Source of the DNA: Schizochytrium sp. TIO01
Taxonomy: Eukaryota > Protista > Bigyra: Labyrinthulomycetes
Length of the DNA: 64,000 bases
Assembly: GCA_004764695.1 (NCBI GenBank)
Contig: SMSO01000005.1
Span: 124,001 to 188,000 of the forward strand
Direction of reading: 5' to 3'
Shown: positions 1-11,095 of the stretch, piece by piece
Layout of the letters: each line of letters starts with the position of its first letter
How positions within the stretch are numbered: the first letter of the stretch is position 1
Notes under the pieces: generated by a model
Seen by the model: the letters and a program-made list of their open reading frames with translations, nothing else
What the model was told of the DNA's origin: nothing
The model's database searches: none
Made by a program: the position numbers and the translations under genes

Positions 1-96
1 GTTCAATGAGTTCGAGGTGAGAGGCCATGCGCAGAAGGGACATAACTCTCCTTGCAGCCGCCCCAGCATCTCTAATACATTTGTTTCCTTTGCTGT

Positions 97-1863
97 TTAA
101 TCTTCGTCGAGATCAACAATACCACTGCTATCAGCAAAACCGCGCAGCAACGCTACGTCGGCGGCATCGACTGGTCGTGGTGGGCCAGTTTTCTCATCTT
201 CATTAGTAGCTGCCATTGTAAAATCACTATGGTATACAATATTCCGCTCTGGGAAAAGGCGTGCAACCATGCTCATAACCAAGTCCTCAATGAGCCCGCT
301 CAGCATTGTTGGTAAGTAATGATCATAGACCTGTGATTTTGACAATGTTACACAAATTGGAGGGCCGCGGGCTTCGATTTCGGCTTGAATCCAAGTCTCG
401 AGGCGTGCTACTTCAGCACGGATTTCGCGTGGTGCCGGCTTACCAATAGGGCCCAGATGCGGCGAGCGATCAAGAATAGACACAATAAAATCCCCAGACC
501 ACTCAAGCACGTCCCTCTTAAAAATAGAATTCCAAGCATGGCGTTGCTCGCTGGTAAAACGATCGATTGCGCTTAAAAGACGATTCATGATTTCTGGGGA
601 GGCAACATGACAATTGGTCTTCGCATCTCGCAGAGCCGACTCAACGCTTGTAAGAGAGGTCAGTCCCCGGCGTTCAGCAAGGTGAATAAACAGTCGCCGC
701 ACAGACAGCACTTCAGCATCCTCCCGGTCGCCTGGACACGCAATGGCCCCCATAACGTGTTCCTGCACCCACTGTAGGTCGAAGCCATTTTCTTCAAAGA
801 GCTCGATGCATGGGTCGTTTGTGGCAAGAAAATCAAAGTCAATGTCTAGAATCCAAGGCGCACCAAGTTTTCTATCATGGTGCACTTGTGCGTCCAGAGT
901 CGAGACAATGACCTCCACGGGAGCTTGGTGCAATGTGATATCCTCTATTTTACATGACGCGAATTCTTCTGTGTCCTCATTCCGTGCCTGTGCTATTTGT
1001 TCATCCTCTTCCATATCTTCTGCTATGCTATCTCCATTGTTCTTCTCGGTAGTCCCCTTTACGTCAATATTCTCACCGGTGCGGTGGACTGGAGTGAGTT
1101 CTGCAAAGCACGCAAGCTCATCCTCGGGGTCGATTCCTGCTACTGCCGTGTACCATCCCACACCAGGTCCATTGTATGTGCCAACATCAAAGTCTGATCT
1201 CAGCCAGTGTACGGAATCTACAATTCCGGCAAGCACAGCGCGCGTGATGAAGTCTCCAATGGCGGCATCTTTGAGCACCCGCTTAAACATGCGCTCCACT
1301 GTAGAACCTCTCCCTGCTGGCAAGCCTTCGCTATCGACATCCATCATATCACTGTGAGAGTCCACGTGAACCACAGATACCCCCGTGCGTCCGCGCAGTT
1401 CTTGAACCCAGAAATCAAGAACATTACCATGCTGCTCGACGACGAGAATCGGCATTGAGTTCCATCCGAAGAGACTCGAAGCTGTTAAACCTACGCTGGT
1501 TTGGTGGTTGCCAGTTGAGAAGTGAACAAAGATGAGCGTGGCCAGCAATGCAGTGAAGATGACGACTGTGAGCCTACAAGGCTTAATCGTGAATGGCACC
1601 GTCGAATATATAGTGTTGGTGAATTTAGCGATTTTCATGGATTTCACGAACTTAGCGAGACTGGAGGCCGTTTGAGCCACTTTTGAGGAGAACTCGCGAC
1701 GAAGTTTCGAGGGATTAGAACGACCTCCATGAAGAGTACGATGGGTTGGCAGCGAAGAGGTAGATGGCGAAGAGGACGCGGTGGAGGCGGTGTCGCGTGG
1801 GCTCCATGGTGTCGCGCCGTTTTGGCCGTGGCCGTGACGTCTCGATTCCGACGCGCGGATCAT
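97..1863 (-). CDS. UPF0489 (C5orf22-like) domain protein with N-terminal transmembrane helix
   Basis: Long ORF. Motifs ILVVEQHGNVL, VHVDSHSDM, IGDFITRAV and WILDIDFDFL match the UPF0489 pattern. Hydrophobic helix LTVVIFTALLATLIFVHF. First ATG is at 1863 (the track start at 1878 is TTG). Confidence 0.7.
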   Translation of the reverse strand: MIRASESRRHGHGQNGATPWSPRDTASTASSSPSTSSLPTHRTLHGGRSNPSKLRREFSSKVAQTASSLAKFVKSMKIAKFTNTIYSTVPFTIKPCRLTVVIFTALLATLIFVHFSTGNHQTSVGLTASSLFGWNSMPILVVEQHGNVLDFWVQELRGRTGVSVVHVDSHSDMMDVDSEGLPAGRGSTVERMFKRVLKDAAIGDFITRAVLAGIVDSVHWLRSDFDVGTYNGPGVGWYTAVAGIDPEDELACFAELTPVHRTGENIDVKGTTEKNNGDSIAEDMEEDEQIAQARNEDTEEFASCKIEDITLHQAPVEVIVSTLDAQVHHDRKLGAPWILDIDFDFLATNDPCIELFEENGFDLQWVQEHVMGAIACPGDREDAEVLSVRRLFIHLAERRGLTSLTSVESALRDAKTNCHVASPEIMNRLLSAIDRFTSEQRHAWNSIFKRDVLEWSGDFIVSILDRSPHLGPIGKPAPREIRAEVARLETWIQAEIEARGPPICVTLSKSQVYDHYLPTMLSGLIEDLVMSMVARLFPERNIVYHSDFTMAATNEDEKTGPPRPVDAADVALLRGFADSSGIVDLDED

Positions 1864-4800
1864 GCCACAAAGCCCCAAGGAGCCGGCGCAGCGAGCAACG
1901 TATAAACAGAGAAGCCAGGAATGTGAGACAAAGGAGGTGACCCGCTTAGTTTGGTCTTTGCGTGGCCAATAGATGAAACTAAGTAACCGGCCACGGGACG
2001 AAAGAGCCTACGAGTTGAGTTTGCATTTTATTTTTCGTTTCTTTTCTTTCAATTTTGCAAAAGAATTTACAATTTGATTTCTTCAAAAATTGACGTTAGT
2101 CATCTCTGCCGCATAGAATTATGGACGCAGACGCATATGCCATTGCGATGCCCAACTCGCGCGCAGTGCTACAGCAGAATACGGACCTCCCATCTTCACT
2201 GTAAGAATCAGACACGTAAGAGTCCCGGACTTGAAGATAGACAATACCTACGAGAAATAAGCTTAACTTCATGCTTTTGCTCATCAAAATTTCTTTGAAC
2301 GTTCCTGTCAATTCCACTCTTGTTTCGGTTTCCTCAGGCATGCATGGTCTAGCGCGAACGACTGGTGCTTGCACGTTTACCTTCGGTTTCAACTCGATCA
2401 TCACTGTTTGACTTTTAACAAAGTCATTGTTAGTTGTTAAAAGGAAAAAAACTCCATGGACGGAGAGACGACGATGGTGGCCGTCCGAAATTAGAATTTG
2501 GGACAACGGTGTGTCCTAAAATCACCCTATTGTGGAAATGGACTTGCGAGGAAGAGCCCTCCGTGAGCAAGATGAGTTAGGTGGATGCCCTGGCTTCGTG
2601 AGTGTTCTTGCTCTATGCTGGCACCAATGGACTAACTAAATATGACCAACTCGACAAAGGGTGATGTCGGAATTTTGGACGAGATCTGCAATTGGTTCGG
2701 TGGCTAGATAGTACAAACAACTAGAGATACCTACTCGATGCTGCTCAGACCTGAGTTATTGCCTATGCTTTTGCATGAGTTTCTTTCATTGTATGATAAT
2801 GCAACTCCAAGTTCGTCCGCATTTCCTAGCAACGCTTAAAAGGAAATGCAGTTATTTTGGTGCAGCGGACACGGACATTTTCAGTTGGCACCATCCACTC
2901 TCTACGTTTTAATTTAGAATACTTGGTTCAGGCAAACGTGTCAACAAAAATGGTGACGAGGAGTGAATTACGATCAACACTATCTATGTCATAGCACGAA
3001 CTTACACGCAGGGTTGGGAATGCTACGGTGCCATAGTTACAACATCCAGTCAAGATTCGTGCCAAGAGATACCGTCATGGGTACAGGGGATTCTGAGGGA
3101 GGTCGAGATCACGATGGGGATCTTCGAGTCAGGTCACATGCTTCAGTTGTCAGGTACGCCGAATCGACTCACTTCCCCCCTCAAGCCATACTTTGACATG
3201 GCCACTCTCAAAAGCATAGATAGCATCAGATCATATACTTACTACCTTGCTTCAAATTTGATGCCAATAGCCGAATTGAGCAAGGAGAATGAGACCGACG
3301 TCACGGTGCTGTACCCTAATACAGGAAAGTAGGTAGGTTGGTACCATCGTGATGGCCTTTGGCTCATACTCCGCGTCAGGTACACTCTAAGACTTCATAA
3401 ATCCTTGCGCTGAGTCCAGCACCATTGCGGCGCTTCAGTATCCGTCATCATGATGGTCAGAAAGGTGTGCACTTAGCCAGCTCGCACCTAGCTAGCTAGA
3501 GATACTAGCACTCAACCTGCTGTGATCTCTTGTACAACTTGAAGCTCCTCGACTTCAACTTTCAAGACTGGCAGAGACTGCAGCAACATGGGTGCTGGAT
3601 ACCTGCTTAGTCTCAGTGGTGTAGCAACTTGTTTGGCAAAAAACTCGAGCTGGCATGGTCTGTGGTACCTGCTGCATTCGAGCTGGTAACCAGAAAGTTT
3701 CATGCCTCTCCCCCAGAGGGGGAAAGTACTCTGGTGTGCGCAAGCATAAGTTTGCTGACTCCGTAGCGGCTGTCGGATGTCAAACCGAAGAGCATCATAA
3801 ATACAGTAGTGGCGACTCGGCATCACAAAACTCTGAACGAGGAGGAATATGGATATGATTTTACTAGGTGGTAGGTACTTCCCAACAGCTTGAGGGCGGC
3901 GGCTCTTTCGCAAAAGTAAAGCACTGCTATCATCTTTTTTGGGCAGAAATGCAGCCAGTACATTCTACATTGCGCTGCAGGCAGGTAGGTAGAGAATAAT
4001 TATGCCATGCTTGATCAGCTTTAACGTCACGAGGAGAACAGCGTTGGGCTTGCACACCTTGTGCAGTTGCCACTTTTGAGATCTTTAACCTCCAACCTTG
4101 TCGCACGGCACGTGAGGGACTCAGGAGACTCGTTTAGCAGAATGATGAGATAAGTACGTGCATCATTGTACTTCAAGCTGTACTTTTTCACTCTACTCTG
4201 TTCTGATCATGATGTGCAGGAAGACCCCAGCCATTCCGTCTAAACTGGAGCGTGTGCCCCGTATTAAAGTGCGATTATTAAGCTCTTTTAGAAGTAATCT
4301 TCCTTGAGAAACACCAAGAAACAACTGCTTTCGATCTCGAACTCCAGCACACTCGTTATAATCAAGCGATCAGCAACTTGAACATTGGCCGACAAAGCGA
4401 GCTGGATAGATCCCTCGCACGCTTTTCGCAGTCCAAAGAACTTATTGTAGCAGCGTGACCACCTTAACATCGACAATCGATTCCTCACTGTTTGCCCAAA
4501 ATCAACTCGGAAGAACGTAATATTATTACCAAACGAGGAGGAGTGAGCACTCGGCAAGGCGCACGCGTGAATAGGGGGGTTATTATAAACCTATTCTTCT
4601 GTTTTTCGCTCAACTTTATCTAATAAAAGCCATGTAAGCCATTCCTAAGAGGGATTAAACACTTATAATACCCCTATTAGCGCACACCTGCCACTCGCAA
4701 TCAGCACGTGCAAAGAAAGGGAAATAATATGAGCGACGAATGTTAAGTATTAGGGCCTAAATAGTGTTTTTTTGTTTTGTTTGTTCTGAAGTAACGAATG

Positions 4801-4999
4801 TATGATGGAGACCAAGAGTGGAATGCAAGTTGAAGTGGGCTCCATACCTGCAAAACCTATCTGGCACGTGGTGCTCTCGGCCGCGGACAGTCTTGACGAG
4901 AAGCTGGCAGAAAGGGTCCGCGCAGGCAGCTCTGTCTGCGGTGTCCTGGGTTGAAGATCAGCAGGCACCATTACAGTCGTTCAATACCTCGAAGGCAGT

Positions 5000-6007
5000 A
5001 TGCCACTCTCGCTCGGTAGGCCCGTGAAACTCCGCATGCGTGACCGCATAATCATCTACAGGGAGAAAATCTTTCACTCAGGAGGCAGCAATGAACCCGA
5101 AGAGTTTCTGGAGGCGTACGCTAAGCTGCAGCGGCTGCGCAAGCAGCTTCGAGTTGTGCTCAAAGGAGTGAAAATGTGGCTTAATAGCAGCAAATCATTG
5201 GCAAAGTCCGCAAGATTCCTGGCACAAGCTGTAGAAACAGAACGCGAGACTTTTTTTCAGCTCACCGCAGACCTTGACCAGGAGCTTGAAAACCAGACTA
5301 CACTCGATGCCATTGCCAAAAAAATTATTATGCTAGATGAGTTGGCAAAAGATCGAAAGACCCTGGTTGGACTACGCCACCTTCGCAACTACTACGAGCG
5401 CAGAGCAAATGTAGTTTCAGGAAAGGATATGGATGAAGAAACAAAAATTGAATATCGTGAAAAAGCAAACACCGCCAAGATCCGCTATGATGAACACTAT
5501 GCCCAGCTTCTTGTTGCATTACATTTTGTTGTTGATGAAGCAGACCAGAACGGTCATTGCAGTTTAATTTCACCTGAGCTTAGCGCCTTCAAGTTATCCC
5601 AATTTCAATTCTTTTTGAATGCACAAAAGATAATTCAAGGCTCGCAGATGGAGGACGCGAGTGATCTTAACGATGAGTGGAACAAATTTGCAGGGGGGCT
5701 TACCAACCAACGTCAGAGAGCAAGATCCCATGCTAGGCGACAAAATAATGTTATGAACACAAGCACGCGAGGGGGAAATAAAGGCTCCATTACAACAAGC
5801 CGCAGTCAAATTGCGATTCAGACAGATCTTGAAGAAGATCATGATGATGATCATGACGCCGATAGCAAGGATACAAAAACAAAGGAGCGGACAACCTCCA
5901 ACGCTGATTCAGATTCAGACGATGACGAAACACCAAGCTCGAGTGAAGGTGTTCCCACGCCAGAAGAGCTTGGGCACATGTCCCCAACTCATATTCACGC
6001 TTTGTAA
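5000..6007 (+). CDS. BAR-like helical domain protein with acidic disordered C-tail
   Basis: 335 aa ORF. Amphipathic helices EPEEFLEAYAKLQRLRKQL, AKIRYDEHYAQL and ELSAFKLSQFQFF resemble BAR helices. Confidence 0.55.
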   Translation: MPLSLGRPVKLRMRDRIIIYREKIFHSGGSNEPEEFLEAYAKLQRLRKQLRVVLKGVKMWLNSSKSLAKSARFLAQAVETERETFFQLTADLDQELENQTTLDAIAKKIIMLDELAKDRKTLVGLRHLRNYYERRANVVSGKDMDEETKIEYREKANTAKIRYDEHYAQLLVALHFVVDEADQNGHCSLISPELSAFKLSQFQFFLNAQKIIQGSQMEDASDLNDEWNKFAGGLTNQRQRARSHARRQNNVMNTSTRGGNKGSITTSRSQIAIQTDLEEDHDDDHDADSKDTKTKERTTSNADSDSDDDETPSSSEGVPTPEELGHMSPTHIHAL

Positions 6008-7010
6008 AATCTTATTCTCTCTTTAAGAGAGCTTGGGCTTCCTGTGGTTTTTCCAGCAACAAGAAATTAAATTTTCGGATGCAGTGAGGCCTGCGAATTT
6101 ACGATCTTGGCTTGATTGCCAAAGAAGGTTGGACTTTGGTCATTTATGGAATGAACCACGATTTCTAAGAAATTTTGTGTATTCCATCGCATTTCCCATA
6201 TCCAACTGCTAGATTTTTCTCCTTATTTTGTTTCATACATTGATCCTGATTCTTTCATACGGATTCACGTCTCCGGTCAGGTTTGCAGCATGATCTGAGA
6301 CCGACTCGGTGAACAGATTTGATAATTCCTTTTTAGTGCTTTACAGTTAAATTTCTTTTTGTCTGCGAGATGGTGCGTCAGTAATTTATTTCCCATTCTT
6401 GTGCTTTTGCTTATTGTTGAAACATGGCAAACAGTCTTGTTTTGAACTGTAACCGATCAAACCCCGGATACCTGAAGCTGTAACCTATCAACGTCCATTG
6501 CAACGGGATCAAGTTTAAAATGGCAATTCACATACGATAAGGGTCACAGATCTAAATTGACGCAAATTCATGGCAAAAATAAAAATAAATACTACTTACT
6601 TCGCACCTTGCTAAATGTCAGAGTAAGAACGTTCGTATGTTTTAAGTTCAAGATATATTTTCCGAAAAAGAAATCATGAGGCTAATAAACCTGGTCACAG
6701 GCGAGGTACGGCATATTCAGTTTGACCCACAGCGCGCTAACATGAAACTGAATGAACTGCGTTCATTAAATCGTTCTGGCGTCATATGCCGTGATCTTAA
6801 GAAGATTATCCATTGTGTAATACACCCTCTTTCAATAACGATATGCTATGGCATTCTATCTCAATATCAAGCCCAGGTTATCGTAATCGTTATCACTGCC
6901 TAAGGTATCTTCTTTCTAGACAAATAAAAAGTGCAGCGAGTGAACGAGAAGCTCAGAATGTAGCCGAGGAACGCGTATTTTTACTTTCCTGGATGCGCTG
7001 CAAAGCGACC

Positions 7011-9200
7011 TCAAGATGGGCCTCGTGTTACAACCAATGATGTTCCGTGTTCCGGATGCATAGCTTCTCGCATCGCAGCAAGCACCGCTTCTGTATTAGC
7101 TGCCCTTACATCAGCACATGAGCAACCCTCCAGACGCTCGGCAACCTCATCTAAATCAACATCATCACTCCAAGGGGTTCGCATCGTTGCAAGTATAGCT
7201 CGTCGATCCTCAAACCGAGGCATATGGACGAGAACAGAGGTTCCCAAACGTCCAGGGCGCAGAAGGGCAGCATCCAGAGCGTCTTCTCGTGAGCAGGCAC
7301 CTACCACCAGCAACCCCTGTCGCGTGTCAATCCCATCTAGCTCATTTAAGAAAGTGGCTAGTACACGGTTGCTAGACGCACTAGTCTGCTGCTCACCACC
7401 TGACCCCAGGTCTCTACGTGTGGCAATACTATCAAGCTCGTCAAAGAATAAGATACAGGGTGCAGCATGGCGTGCGCGGGAAAACAGGTCACGGATAAGC
7501 CGTTCGCTTTCACCAACATATTTAGAAACCAAATCAGAGGATTTGATGCTAAGAAAATTACAAGCAGATGCTTGGCCCATTTTGTGTGCCAGAAATGTCT
7601 TTCCACAGCCTGACGGTCCATAAAGCAGAATCCCAGTCGGCGGTTGTGCACCAAGCCGCTGCGTGGCCTCTGGATGTAACCACTGCCATTGAATAAGCTG
7701 CGTGAGGCGCTCACGCACCTCAACGTAGCCAGCCATATCAGGCATCGCGGCCGCTGCCCTCTGTGCCTCCTGCACATCGCCAGCACTCACAAGAGCACGT
7801 GGTTTTGTGGCTGCAGCCCGCGCCACGATAGCTTGTTGTGACTCATTAGTGGGCTCCCAAGAATTACACAAGCGTGCAAGATCTCCAGCCACAAATCCTG
7901 CAGTTGTCTTTGCAATAACCTCCGCAACACTGGTATCTTTACCCTGATCGTAGAGCATTCCATGAACAAGTTTTGTGCGCTCTTCCAAGGAAGGTACGGT
8001 TAGTTGCATTCGCAAAGGAAATGCTGATGCATTAGTTCTTGAGACCAGACGCGCTGGCAACTCATTTACACGAGTATCAGCACATGTCGCGAGAACGAAA
8101 ACTGAGCTCAGGAGTGATTCACTAGAACCAGCATGCCTATTGAAATTTGTATTAAGATCAGAGTCGTTTTCAGGTCCTGTCAAAAGCCCGCAAATCCAAT
8201 CCGTAACTCTAGAGCGCTCCTGGCGTGCATCTTCATCTCGAAGTGAAACAAGCGCATCAAGGTCATCAATCAGCAACACGTGGACCTTGGCACCACGCGG
8301 GCCAACTCTGGGTGGCAGCGACGATCTTCCTGCTTCAAGAAGAAGGCTAGCACAATCCACAAGCGTAACCTCGACGTCATTACTTTCAGCATTCGAGTCT
8401 TCGCTCGCCTCCAGACGATACTGTAGAGCCTCTAGGCATAGGCTCTTACCAGAACCAAGCGGTCCGCACAACAGGGCTCCTGCAGGCGCTAAAGGGTGGC
8501 CTTTAACCTTTAACTTTACAAGGCTAGTAATCTCAGCGACTACTCGAGACATCTCCTCGCCATGCAAGATAGTCTCCATTTCACCACGCTGAGATTTCAT
8601 AGAGACCCTTGAGCTAGGTCCTAGAAATCCACTCGGGCATGTCTCCATTGCGCGGATCTTCACTACAACGCCAAGTACCTGACAAGCATACACCGCTCCC
8701 GGAACAATTAGCAAACCTCTAAGTCTCCTTCGAACTGCTGCTGCCAAATTAACATTTTCCAAACCTGTATGAGTTATCAAATCTTCTGCTAGCACAAACT
8801 TTGCTTCGCCAATTTCCGCCTCCGTCTTGCTAGACCTCCACTCCAGATGTACCCGTTGCGAGCTCGTGTTCAAGCTCCAGTCTACGCCCGAATTCAGGTT
8901 GGCAGCGTTATGACTAGCGATTTCAAGGCCTCGGAGAGCGTCTGCAAGTGTTGCATCAAGGACTACAGAGCCTTCTGGGACGTTCTCGTCAACTGCAAGT
9001 CTACAGGCTGTACAAACCTTACCAGCGACGGCAATGGTTGCTGCACCCAGGCCGTCAAAGTCACCCAAGTCATCTGCATCATCTCCAAGCCCTTTTCCTC
9101 CGTTGACAAGTCTCCGTAAAGCGTCAGGATGCACACGTGCTACGTGCACAAGTCTAGGTCCAGTGCCGTGAGGCCTCCACCGCTCTACCTCGGCCTCCAT
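7011..9200 (-). CDS. Double-ring AAA+ ATPase, CDC48/AFG2 (SPATA5/SPATA5L1-like)
   Basis: D1 has GPLGSGKS and a degenerate Walker B, LLIDDLD. D2 has GILLYGPSGCGKT, SKYVGESE, ILFFDELD and DAALLRPGRL. The true C-terminus probably continues in another frame to a stop at 6953. Confidence 0.88.
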   Translation of the reverse strand: MEAEVERWRPHGTGPRLVHVARVHPDALRRLVNGGKGLGDDADDLGDFDGLGAATIAVAGKVCTACRLAVDENVPEGSVVLDATLADALRGLEIASHNAANLNSGVDWSLNTSSQRVHLEWRSSKTEAEIGEAKFVLAEDLITHTGLENVNLAAAVRRRLRGLLIVPGAVYACQVLGVVVKIRAMETCPSGFLGPSSRVSMKSQRGEMETILHGEEMSRVVAEITSLVKLKVKGHPLAPAGALLCGPLGSGKSLCLEALQYRLEASEDSNAESNDVEVTLVDCASLLLEAGRSSLPPRVGPRGAKVHVLLIDDLDALVSLRDEDARQERSRVTDWICGLLTGPENDSDLNTNFNRHAGSSESLLSSVFVLATCADTRVNELPARLVSRTNASAFPLRMQLTVPSLEERTKLVHGMLYDQGKDTSVAEVIAKTTAGFVAGDLARLCNSWEPTNESQQAIVARAAATKPRALVSAGDVQEAQRAAAAMPDMAGYVEVRERLTQLIQWQWLHPEATQRLGAQPPTGILLYGPSGCGKTFLAHKMGQASACNFLSIKSSDLVSKYVGESERLIRDLFSRARHAAPCILFFDELDSIATRRDLGSGGEQQTSASSNRVLATFLNELDGIDTRQGLLVVGACSREDALDAALLRPGRLGTSVLVHMPRFEDRRAILATMRTPWSDDVDLDEVAERLEGCSCADVRAANTEAVLAAMREAMHPEHGTSLVVTRGPS

Positions 9201-9370
9201 TGCCGCCAGGTCAGGTTCTTTAGCTCTGCCGAGCGAGTTATCAAGCGAGATCGATCGTCAACCCATCGATCCTCGCAGAAGAAAGACCACCATTCATTGA
9301 GCGTGTCGTACTATAGAACAAACCAATCCGCACAGTTCAACAAACTGAGACCTATAATATAGCAAACCGC

Positions 9371-9380
9371 CTATAACCTA
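9371..9380 (-). promoter_or_regulatory. Candidate upstream motif CTATAACCTA in the divergent AAA/LYRM7 spacer
   Basis: The same 10-mer recurs at 13543 and, as reverse complement, at 25371. All three lie upstream of gene starts. Confidence 0.35.
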
Positions 9381-9685
9381 GTTTCTTAAGAAACCCCACG
9401 TATTAGACCAAACCCTGCAATGCCTGCAAAGCTTAGGGAAGTAAACAAAATGTCTTGCAGTTTGACATATACTATAGGCTATATTTTATAAAGAAGGTTA
9501 TGGGTTATAGTTCATAGTATGTCAGGACAGAAAGTGAAATTTCATGCAGCACCAGAGAAACGTGATGATGTTCTGAAAGAAAAGTAATGCAGAGACTGCA
9601 AAGCACAGCAAATCGAGTTGGTAATCTTGCGAATCGGAGGCTCGCAGAGAGGTCGCTTAGAGCTTACTACAGAGCATAAATCAAG

Positions 9686-10069
9686 ATGCAGGCGTCTGCT
9701 GTGGCTTTGCGTGGGTACCGTCGTCTTCTGCGGGCACGGAAGCAGCTCTTCCGCGGGGATGACTTTGCGCTGATGGAGAGTAAAGGAGCTCTGCGTGGCG
9801 CTTTCGAGGTCAACCGGTTCGAGCAGGACCCGGCGAAGATCAAGGAAATGCTCAAGGGAATCGATGAAGCTGAGGACATGATGTTGCACGGCCTTGTGCA
9901 GGCTCGTCTCAACGAGCGTGGCAATTTCGAGGTCCGCGACATCAAGCCTGTGGACCTCGGCCAAGGCGAGTTCGAGCCCATCGATGCCGATGCTCTCGAC
10001 AACCACGAAAAGGGTAACGCTGCTGCCAACATCATCACAAGTGCTCCCAAGGATGGAAAGAAGAACTAA
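9686..10069 (+). CDS. LYRM7: LYR-motif protein, complex III Rieske chaperone LYRM7/Mzm1-like
   Basis: ALRGYRRLLRARKQLFRGD (LYR-like plus F-x-G-D) and LVQARLN near the C-terminus. GC-rich coding-like composition. Confidence 0.78.
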   Translation: MQASAVALRGYRRLLRARKQLFRGDDFALMESKGALRGAFEVNRFEQDPAKIKEMLKGIDEAEDMMLHGLVQARLNERGNFEVRDIKPVDLGQGEFEPIDADALDNHEKGNAAANIITSAPKDGKKN

Positions 10070-11095
10070 AAAAACTACTAAAAACGAAAAGCAGAACAGA
10101 TGAACCGTAGCGGGCGATGGCGGGAAAGACAATAGACTTTTTTTTGGTGAAGAAGATGCCTCTTTCTGCGGAATGCCTTTTTGTTTTCCTGCAGCTAAGC
10201 CTTCTGCATCTTTCCTTTCACAATGTTTATTTACTATGAAACTCGTCTTTGCTGCTAAATGGTTTGGGCATGATGATGAGAATCTGAGCTCTTTTGAAGA
10301 CTCAATCTCACTCACCATTTTTGGGGGGAGGGGGCAGGATTGACGATTGAAGTTTCATGCGTGCATGTATACATACATCCGGGGGTTTCAAGGACGGTTG
10401 GCTGACGATGATAGAAAAAGTAACGATTAAAATCCCATCGTGATCTTAGCTATCAATTCATTCAACAGGAGGCATACTGCATGGACGCGTGTGGCTTGAG
10501 GACAATGCAAAATGAACGATCAGCTCCTGTTCCAAAAGACATAGCATGAAAAGCTTCCTTCGGACGAACGAGCGCGATCCTGCTCTACTTGGCGAGCTAA
10601 TTTCGTGAGAATATGAGAACATATGATCACAAAGATACGATTAATAATAGCTAAAATGCTAAGAATACGAGTCATGTTTTCGACATCTCTCCTCCCATTC
10701 AATAATGGATAGGTAGGCATGTACTTTTTTTGTTTTCAGTTTTGGCATGTTTTTTTCCTTGCTTGTCTATTCAAAGAAATTTTTCTAAAATGAGAGATAC
10801 TTCATTTTGAACCATCATTATCGTCCTAACTTATGAATTCAGCCTAACTTTGCACCAAAAATTCTAGATCAATCTCACAAACTTGAAATCGCTCGAACTC
10901 CAGAAAGAAGCAGAACTTCCCTGGGCATTGGTGAAAGCTGCGTCTTAGGAAAACGAAGATGAAAGGAATTTATTGTGAAAAAGCTATATATCTTTTTTTG
11001 TATTTTCTATTCTCTCATACGTAGCAAGGGTAAAACGGGGTTTTATTATAGGTTGTTTTTGTTTGAGCAGGTGGGGGAGGAAGGGATAAGTCCAA

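Noticed and set aside
743-1357. 204 aa plus-strand ORF, and similar antisense ORFs at 7975, 9542, 16055, 24184, 37532 and 52124
   Set aside because: Antisense shadows of well-supported genes, with no motifs of their own.
2074-4560. Several 60-136 aa ORFs between the UPF0489 and BAR-like genes
   Set aside because: Mostly non-ATG starts, no recognisable motifs and no consistent strand.
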